Source of the DNA: Eledone cirrhosa
Lineage: Eukaryota
Assembly (NCBI GenBank): GCA_964016885.1
Contig: OZ024743.1
Coordinates: forward strand, 212,040,001 to 212,104,000
Direction: 5' to 3'
DNA length: 64,000 nt
Shown here: in pieces, positions 1 through 9,049 of the stretch
Position numbering within the stretch: the stretch's first letter is position 1
How the letters are laid out: every line of letters begins with the position of its first letter
Position numbers and translations under genes: made by a program
Notes under the pieces: model-generated
The model's input: only the letters and a program-made list of their open reading frames with translations
Database searches by the model: none
Told to the model about the DNA's origin: nothing

Positions 1-196
1 ATCACACCACACACAGCCAATGAGTGTCTGCACATGTACCAGTAATTACAGATGGATCCCCCCACGGGCGGCCGGCCCACAATCGAAAAGGTTACTCCGC
101 CTGCAAATCGTCATTTTCGGATTCGTTTTCTTCGAAGCACACCATTCGCCGGCGGACTTCAGCTGCCTCATTTAGCATGGGCAGTTTTTCTTGAAG
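1..196. repeat. Example monomer type A (196 bp; H 1-66, M 67-154, T1 155-196), the most abundant class
   Basis: Diagnostic words: GATGGATCC, CCCACAATCGAAAAGGTTAC, CCGCCTGC, TTTTCGGATTCG, CGCCGGCGGAC, TCTTGAAG. The next copy starts at 197. Confidence 0.97.
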
Positions 197-588
197 ATCA
201 CACCACACACAGCCAATGAGTGTCTGCACATGTACCAGTAATTACAGATGGATCCCACCACGGGCGGCCGGCCCACAATCGAAAAGGTTACTCCGCCTGC
301 AAATCGTCATTTTCGGATTCGTTTTCTTCGAAGCACACCATTCGCCGGCGGACTTCAGCTGCCTCATTTAGCATGGGCAGCTTTTCTTGAAGATCACACC
401 ACACACAGCCAATGAGTGTCTGCACATGTACCAGTAATTACAGATGGATCCCACCACGGGCGGCCGGCCCACAATCGAAAAGGTTACTCCGCCTGCAAAT
501 CGTCATTTTCGGATTCGTTTTCTTCGAAGCACACCATTCGCCGGCGGACTTCAGCTGCCTCATTTAGCATGGGCAGTTTTTCTTGAAG

Positions 589-788
589 ATCACACCACAC
601 ACAGCCAATGAGTGTCTGCACATGTACCAGTAATTAGAGATCGATCCGACCACGGGCGGCCGGCCCACGATCGAGAAAAAGGTAACTCCGCCGGCAAATC
701 GTCATTTTTGTGATCCGTTTTCTTCGAAGCACACCATTCGCCGCCGGACTTCAGCTGCCTCATTTAGCATGGGCAGTTTTTTTTGAAA
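589..788. repeat. Example monomer type B (200 bp, H-M-T1)
   Basis: Diagnostic words: TAATTAGAGATCGATCCG, CCCACGATCGAGAAAAAGGTAAC, TTTTTGTGATCCG, CGCCGCCGGAC, TTTTGAAA. It is 4 bp longer than A. Confidence 0.95.
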
Positions 789-985
789 ATCACACCACAC
801 ACAACCAATGTGTGTCTGCACATGTACCAGTAATTACAGATCGATCCGACCACGGGCGGCCGGCCCGCGATTTAAAAGGTAACTCCGCCAGCAAATCGTC
901 ATTTTTGTGATTCGTTTTCTTCGAAGCACACCATTCGCCGCCGGACTTCAGCTGCCTCATTTAGCATGGGCAGTTTTTTTTGAAA
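789..985. repeat. Example monomer type C (197 bp, H-M-T1)
   Basis: Diagnostic words: AACCAATGTGTG, CCCGCGATT(G)AAAAGGTAAC, TTTTTGTGATTCG, CGCCGCCGGAC. The ORF starts at 710 and 907 are 197 bp apart. Confidence 0.95.
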
Positions 986-1153
986 ATCACACCACACACA
1001 ACCAATGTGTGTCTGCACATGTACCAGTAATTACAGATCGATCCCACCACGAGTTCAATGTAAACAAACTTACGCTCAACGACTTTGTTGACGTTTAACA
1101 CGGTTTGGTTCCACAGCCACAACTATTGATTTTAAGGAGATATCTTGCTGAAA
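986..1153. repeat. Example monomer type D (168 bp; H 986-1051, M2 1052-1080, T2 1081-1153), about 35 copies
   Basis: After CCACCACG the sequence continues AGTTCAATGTAAACAAACTTACGCTCAAC then GACTTTGTTGACG...GATATCTTGCTGAAA, unrelated to M and T1. GTCTGCACAT occurs at 1011 and 1179, 168 bp apart. Confidence 0.95.
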
Positions 1154-2336
1154 TTCACGCCACACATAGCCAATGAGTGTCTGCACATGTACCAGTAATT
1201 AGAGATCGATCCGACCACGGGCGGCCGGCCCACGATCGAGGAAAAGGTAACTCCGCCGGCAAATCGTCATTTTTGTGATCCGTTTTCTTCGAAGCACACC
1301 ATTCGCCGCCGGACTTCAGCTGCCTCATTTAGCATGGGCAGTTTTTTTTGAAAATCACACCACACACAACCAATGTGTGTCTGCACATGTACCAGTAATT
1401 ACAGATCGATCCCACCACGGGCGGCCGGCCCACAATCGAAAAGGTTACTCCGCCTGCAAATCGTCATTTTCGGATTCGTTTTCTTCGAAGCACACCATTC
1501 GCCGGCGGACTTCAGCTGCCTCATTTAGCATGAGCAGTTTTTCTTGAAGATCACACCACACACAGCCAATGAGTGTCTGCACATGTACCAGTAATTACAG
1601 ATGGATCCCCCCACGGGCGGCCGGCCCACAATCGAAAAGGTTACTCCGCCTGCAAATCGTCATTTTCGGATTCGTTTTCTTCGAAGCACACCATTCGCCG
1701 GCGGACTTCAGCTGCCTCATTTAGCATGAGCAGTTTTTCTTGAAGATCACACCACACACAGCCAATGAGTGTCTGCACATGTACCAGTAATTACAGATGG
1801 ATCCCACCACGGGCGGCCGGCCCACAATCGAAAAGGTTACTCCGCCTGCAAATCGTCATTTTCGGATTCGTTTTCTTCGAAGCACACCATTCGCCGGCGG
1901 ACTTCAGCTGCCTTATTTAGCATGGGCAGTTTTTCTTGAAAATCACACCACACACAACCAATGTGTGTCTGCACATGTACCAGTAATTACAGATCGATCC
2001 CACCACGAGTTCAATGTAAACAAACTTACGCTCAACGACTTTGTTGACGTTTAACACGGTTTGGTTCCACAGCCACAACTATTGATTTTAAGGAGATATC
2101 TTGCTGAAATTCACGCCACACATAGCCAATGAGTGTCTGCACATGTACCAGTAATTACAGATCGATCCGACCACGGACGGCCGGCCCGCGATTGAAAAGG
2201 TAACTCCGCCGGCAAATCGTCATTTTTGGATTCGTTTTCTTCGAAGCACACCATTCGCCGGCGTACTTTGTTGACGTTTAACACGGTTTGGTTCCACAGC
2301 CACAACTATTGATTTTAAGGAGATATCTTGCTGAAA

Positions 2337-5300
2337 ATCACACCACACACAACCAATGTGTGTCTGCACATGTACCAGTAATTACAGATCGATCCCACCA
2401 CGGGCGGCCGGCCCACAATCGAAAAGGTTACTCCGCCTGCAAATCGTCATTTTCGGATTCGTTTTCTTCGAAGCACACCATTCGCCGGCGGACTTCAGCT
2501 GCCTCATTTAGCATGAGCAGTTTTTCTTGAAGATCACACCACACACAGCCAATGAGTGTCTGCACATGTACCAGTAATTACAGATGGATCCCCCCACGGG
2601 CGGCCGGCCCACAATCGAAAAGGTTACTCCGCCTGCAAATCGTCATTTTCGGATTCGTTTTCTTCGAAGCACACCATTCGCCGGCGGACTTCAGCTGCCT
2701 CATTTAGCATGAGCAGTTTTTCTTGAAGATCACACCACACACAGCCAATGAGTGTCTGCACATGTACCAGTAATTACAGATGGATCCCACCACGGGCGGC
2801 CGGCCCACAATCGAAAAGGTTACTCCGCCTGCAAATCGTCATTTTCGGATTCGTTTTCTTCGAAGCACACCATTCGCCGGCGGACTTCAGCTGCCTCATT
2901 TAGCATGGGCAGTTTTTCTTGAAGATCACACCACACACAGCCAATGAGTGTCTGCACATGTACCAGTAATTACAGATGGATCCCACCACGGGCGGCCGGC
3001 CCACAATTGAAAAGGTTACTCCGCCTGCAAATCGTCATTTTCGGATTCGTTTTCTTCGAAGCACACCATTCGCCGGCGGACTTCAGCTGCCTCATTTAGC
3101 ATGGGCAGTTTTTCTTGAAGATCACACCACACACAGCCAATGAGTGTCTGCACATGTACCAGTAATTAGAGATCGATCCGACCACGGGCGGCCGGCCCAC
3201 GATCGAGGAAAAGGTAACTCCGCCGGCACATCGTCATTTTTGTGATCCGTTTTCTTCGAAGCACACCATTCGCCGCCGGACTTCAGCTGCCTCATTTAGC
3301 ATGGGCAGTTTTTTTTGAAAATCACACCACACACAACCAATGTGTGTCTGCACATGTACCAGTACTTACAGATCGATCCCACCACGGGCGGCCGGCCCAC
3401 AATCGAAAAGGTTACTCCGCCTGCAAATCGTCATTTTCGGATTCGTTTTCTTCGAAGCACACCATTCGCCGGCGGACTTCAGCTGCCTCATTTAGCATGA
3501 GCAGTTTTTCTTGAAGATCACACCACACACAGCCAATGAGTGTCTGCACATGTACCAGTAATTACAGATGGATCCCCCCACGGGCGGCCGGCCCACAATC
3601 GAAAAGGTTACTCCGCCTGCAAATCGTCATTTTCGGATTCGTTTTCTTCGAAGCATACCATTCGCCGGCGGACTTCAGCTGCCTCATTTAGCATGAGCAG
3701 TTTTTCTTGAAGATCACACCACACACAGCCAATGAGTGTCTGCACATGTACCAGTAATTACAGATGGATCCCACCACGGGCGGCCGGCCCACAATCGAAA
3801 AGGTTACTCCGCCTGCAAATCGTCATTTTCGGATTCGTTTTCTTCGAAGCACACCATTCGCCGGCGGACTTCAGCTGCCTTATTTAGCATGGGCAGTTTT
3901 TCTTGAAGATCACACCACACACAGCCAATGAGTGTCTGCACATGTACCAGTAATTAGAGATCGATCCGACCACGGGCGGCCGGCCCACGATCGAGAAAAA
4001 GGTAACTCCGCCGGCAAATCGTCATTTTTGTGATCCGTTTTCTTCGAAGCACACCATTCGCCGCCGGACTTCAGCTGCCTCATTTAGCATGGGCAGTTTT
4101 TTTTGAAAATCACACCACACACAACCAATGTGTGTCTGCACATGTACCAGTAATTACAGATCGATCCGACCACGGGCGGCCGGCCCGCGATTGAAAAGGT
4201 AACTCCGCCGGCAAATCGTCATTTTTGTGATTCGTTTTCTTCGAAGCACACCATTCGCCGCCGGACTTCAGCTGCCTCATTTAGCATGGGCAGTTTTTTT
4301 TGAAAATCACACCACACACAACCAATGTGTGTCTGCACATGTACCAGTAATTACAGATCGATCCCACCACGAGTTCAATGTAAACAAACTTACGCTCAAC
4401 GACTTTGTTGACGTTTAACACGGTTTGGTTCCACAGCCACAACTATTGATTTTAAGGAGATATCTTGCTGAAATTCACGCCACACATAGCCAATGAGTGT
4501 CTGCACAGGTACCAGTAATTACAGATCGATCCGACCACGGACGGCCGGCCCGCGATTGAAAAGGTAACTCCGCCGGCAAATCGTCATTTTTGGATTCGTT
4601 TTCTTCGAAGCACACCATTCGCCGGCGTACTTTGTTGACGTTTAACACGGTTTGGTTCCACAGCCACAACTATTGATTTTAAGGAGATATCTTGCTGAAA
4701 TTCACGCCACACATAGCCAATGAGTGTCTGCACATGTACCAGTAATTACAGATGGATCCCACCACGGGCGGCCGGCCCACAATCGAAAAGGTTACTCCGC
4801 CTGCAAATCGTCATTTTCGGATTCGTTTTCTTCGAAGCACACCATTCGCCGGCGGACTTCAGCTGCCTCATTTAGCATGGGCAGTTTTTCTTGAAGATCA
4901 CACCACACACAGCCAATGAGTGTCTGCACATGTACCAGTAATTAGAGATCGATCCGACCACGGGCGGCCGGCCCACGATCGAGAAAAATGTAACTCCGCC
5001 GGCAAATCGTCATTTTTGTGATCCGTTTTCTTCGAAGCACACCATTCGCCGCCGGACTTCAGCTGCCTCATTTAGCATGGGCAGTTTTTTTTGAAAATCA
5101 CACCACACACAACCAATGTGTGTCTGCACATGTACCAGTAATTACAGATCGATCCCACCACGGGCGGCCGGCCCACAATCGAAAAGGTTACTCCGCCTGC
5201 AAATCGTCATTTTCGGATTCGTTTTCTTCGAAGCACACCATTCGCCGGCGGACTTCAGCTGCCTCATTTAGCATGAGCAGTTTTTCTTGAAGATCACACC

Positions 5301-8300
5301 ACACACAGCCAATGAGTGTCTGCACATGTACCAGTAATTACAGATGGATCCCCCCACGGGCGGCCGGCCCACAATCGAAAAGGTTACTCCGCCTGCAAAT
5401 CGTCATTTTCGGATTCGTTTTCTTCGAAGCACACCATTCGCCGGCGGACTTCAGCTGCCTCATTTAGCATGAGCAGTTTTTCTTGAAGATCACACCACAC
5501 ACAGCCAATGAGTGTCTGCACATGTACCAGTAATTACAGATGGATCCCACCACGGGCGGCCGGCCCACAATCGAAAAGGTTACTCCGCCTGCAAATCGTC
5601 ATTTTCGGATTCGTTTTCTTCGAAGCACACCATTCGCCGGCGGACTTCAGCTGCCTCATTTAGCATGGGCAGTTTTTCTTGAAGATCACACCACACACAG
5701 CCAATGAGTGTCTGCACATGTACCAGTAATTACAGATGGATCCCACCACGGGCGGCCGGCCCACAATTGAAAAGGTTACTCCGCCTGCAAATCGTCATTT
5801 TCGGATTCGTTTTCTTCGAAGCACACCATTCGCCGGCGGACTTCAGCTGCCTCATTTAGCATGGGCAGTTTTTCTTGAAGATCACACCACACACACCCAA
5901 TGAGTGTCTGCACATGTACCAGTAATTAGAGATCGATCCGACCACGGGCGGCCGGCCCACGATCGAGAAAAAGGTAACTCCGCCGGCAAATCGTCATTTT
6001 TGTGATCCGTTTTCTTCGAAGCACACCATTCGCCGCCGGACTTCAGCTGCCTCATTTAGCATGGGCAGTTTTTTTTGAAAATCACACCACACACAACCAA
6101 TGTGTGTCTGCACATGTACCAGTAATTACAGATCGATCCCACCACGGGCGGCCGGCCCACAATCGAAAAGGTTACTCCGCCTGCAAATCGTCATTTTCGG
6201 ATTCGTTTTCTTCGAAGCACACCATTCGCCGGCGGACTTCAGCTGCCTCATTTAGCATGAGCAGTTTTTCTTGAAGATCACACCACACACAGCCAATGAG
6301 TGTCTGCACATGTACCAGTAATTACAGATGGATCCCCCCACGGGCGGCCGGCCCACAATCGAAAAGGTTACTCCGCCTGCAAATCGTCATTTTCGGATTC
6401 GTTTTCTTCGAAGCACACCATTCGCCGGCGGACTTCAGCTGCCTCATTTAGCATGAGCAGTTTTTCTTGAAGATCACACCACACACAGCCAATGAGTGTC
6501 TGCACATGTACCAGTAATTACAGATGGATCCCACCACGGGCGGCCGGCCCACAATCGAAAAGGTTACTCCGCCTGCAAATCGTCATTTTCGGATTCGTTT
6601 TCTTCGAAGCACACCATTCGCCGGCGGACTTCAGCTGCCTTATTTAGCATGGGCAGTTTTTCTTGAAGATCACACCACACACAGCCAATGAGTGTCTGCA
6701 CATGTACCAGTAATTAGAGATCGATCCGACCACGGGCGGCCGGCCCACGATCGAGAAAAAGGTAACTCCGCCGGCAAATAGTCATTTTTGTGATCCGTTT
6801 TCTTCGAAGCACACCATTCGCCGCCGGACTTCAGCTGCCTCATTTAGCATGGGCAGCTTTTTTTGAAAATCACACCACACACAACCAATGTGTGTCTGCA
6901 CATGTACCAGTAATTACAGATCGATCCGACCACGGGCGGCCGGCCCGCGATTGAAAAGGTAACTCCGCCGGCAAATCGTCATTTTTGTGATTCGTTTTCT
7001 TCGAAGCACACCATTCGCCGCCGGACTTCAGCTGCCTCATTTAGCATGGGCAGTTTTTTTTGAAAATCACACCACACACAACCAATGTGTGTCTGCACAT
7101 GTACCAGTAATTACATATCGATCCCACCACGAGTTCAATGTAAACAAACTTACGCTCAACGACTTTGTTGACGTTTAACACGGTTTGGTTCCACAGCCAC
7201 AACTATTGATTTTAAGGAGATATCTTGCTGAAATTCACGCCACACATAGCCAATGAGTGTCTGCACATGTACCAGTAATTACAGATCGATCCGACCACGG
7301 ACGGCCGGCCCGCGATTGAAAAGGTAACTCCGCCGGCAAATCGTCATTTTTGGATTCGTTTTCTTCGAAGCACACCATTCGCCGGCGTACTTTGTTGACG
7401 TTTAACACGGTTTGGTTCCACAGCCACAACTATTGATTTTAAGGAGATATCTTGCTGAAATTCACGCCACACATAGCCAATGAGTGTCTGCACATGTACC
7501 AGTAATTACAGATGGATCCCACCACGGGCGGCCGGCCCACAATCGAAAAGGTTACTCCGCCTGCAAATCGTCATTTTCGGATTCGTTTTCTTCGAAGCAC
7601 ACCATTCGCCGGCGGACTTCAGCTGCCTCATTTAGCATGGGCAGTTTTTCTTGAAGATCACACCACACACAGCCAATGAGTGTCTGCACATGTACCAGTA
7701 ATTAGAGATCGATCCGACCACGGGCGGCCGGCCCACGATCGAGAAAAAGGTAACTCCGCCGGCAAATCGTCATTTTTGTGATCCGTTTTCTTCGAAGCAC
7801 ACCATTCGCCGCCGGACTTCAGCTGCCTCATTTAGCATGGGCAGTTTTTTTTGAAAATCACACCACACACAACCAATGTGTGTCTGCACATGTACCAGTA
7901 ATTACAGATCGATCCCACCACGGGCGGCCGGCCCACAATCGAAAAGGTTACTCCGCCTGCAAATCGTCATTTTCGGATTCGTTTTCTTCGAAGCACACCA
8001 TTCGCCGGCGGACTTCAGCTGCCTCATTTAGCATGAGCAGTTTTTCTTGAAGATCACACCACACACAGCCAATGAGTGTCTGCACATGTACCAGTAATTA
8101 CAGATGGATCCCCCCACGGGCGGCCGGCCCACAATCGAAAAGGTTACTCCGCCTGCAAATCGTCATTTTCGGATTCGTTTTCTTCGAAGCACACCATTCG
8201 CCGGCGGACTTCAGCTGCCTCATTTAGCATGAGCAGTTTTTCTTGAAGATCACACCACACACAGCCAATGAGTGTCTGCACATGTACCAGTAATTACAGA

Positions 8301-8490
8301 TGGATCCCACCACGGGCGGCCGGCCCACAATCGAAAAGGTTACTCCGCCTGCAAATCGTCATTTTCGGATTCGTTTTCTTCGAAGCACACCATTCGCCGG
8401 CGGACTTCAGCTGCCTCATTTAGCATGGGCAGTTTTTCTTGAAGATCACACCACACACAGCCAATGAGTGTCTGCACATGTACCAGTAAT
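2337..8490. repeat. Higher-order repeat, 2760 bp (14-mer C-D-E-A-B-4A-B-3A-B), about 2.2 copies
   Basis: ORF pairs 3242/6002, 4227/6987, 4475/7235 and 5018/7778 all differ by 2760. The variant CACAATTGA is shared at 3008/5768. Monomer lengths sum to 2760. Confidence 0.9.
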
Positions 8491-8672
8491 TACAGATCGA
8501 TCCGACCAGGGGCGGCCGGCCCGCGATTGAAAAGGTAACTCCGCCGGCAAATCGTCATTTTTGTGATTCGTTTTCTTCGAAGCACACCATTCGCCGGCGG
8601 ACTTTGTTGACGTTTAACACGGTTTGGTTCCACAGCCACAACTATTGATTTTAAGGAGATATCTTGCTGAGA

Positions 8673-8899
8673 TTCACGCCACACATAGCCAATGAGTGTC
8701 TGCACATGTACCAGTAATTACAGATCGATCCGACCACGGACGGCCGGCCCGCGATTGAAAAGGTAACTCCGCCGGCAAATCGTCATTTTTGGATTCGTTT
8801 TCTTCGAAGCACACCATTCGCCGGCGGACTTTGTTGACGTTTAACACGGTTTGGTTCCACAGCCACAACTATTGATTTTAAGGAGATATCTTGCTGAGA
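8673..8899. repeat. Example monomer type E (227 bp, with a 228-bp variant; H-M-T2), about 33 copies
   Basis: The M middle is joined at GACTT to the D-type tail: CCATTCGCCGGCG-GACTT-TGTTGACG. 66+88+73=227. Confidence 0.95.
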
Positions 8900-9049
8900 T
8901 TCACGCCACACATAGCCAATGAGTGTCTGCACATGTACCAGTAATTACAGATGGATCCCACCACGGGCGGCCGGCCCACAATCGAAAAGGTTACTCCGCC
9001 TGCAAATCGTCATTTTCGGATTCGTTTTCTTCGAAGCACACCATTCGCC

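Noticed and set aside
86-129. Roughly helical-phase A/T tracts suggesting intrinsic curvature
   Set aside because: There are only about four short tracts with uneven spacing, which cannot be supported without a curvature calculation.
121-137. CENP-B box-like ATTCGTTTTCTTCGAAG
   Set aside because: It matches TTCG and CG but lacks the essential A and GG of nTTCGnnnnAnnCGGGn. No full match was seen on either strand.
1-196. Identity with Trypanosoma cruzi 195-bp satellite, alpha satellite, 5S rDNA or tRNA arrays
   Set aside because: Only the length is similar. From memory I see no matching sequence, Pol III internal promoter boxes or cloverleaf. A database search is needed to name the family.
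1052-1153. M2-T2 as a transposon insertion
   Set aside because: It replaces M-T1 rather than interrupting it, and has no target-site duplication, terminal inverted repeats or poly-A tail.
1088-1199. Bacterial-looking signals in T2: TTGACG, then AAGGAGATAT followed by TTG opening a 17-codon frame
   Set aside because: There is no -10 box at 16-18 bp spacing, many copies carry ACGGAG instead, and the context is satellite. The similarity to the T7 gene 10 ribosome-binding site is too short to indicate vector contamination.
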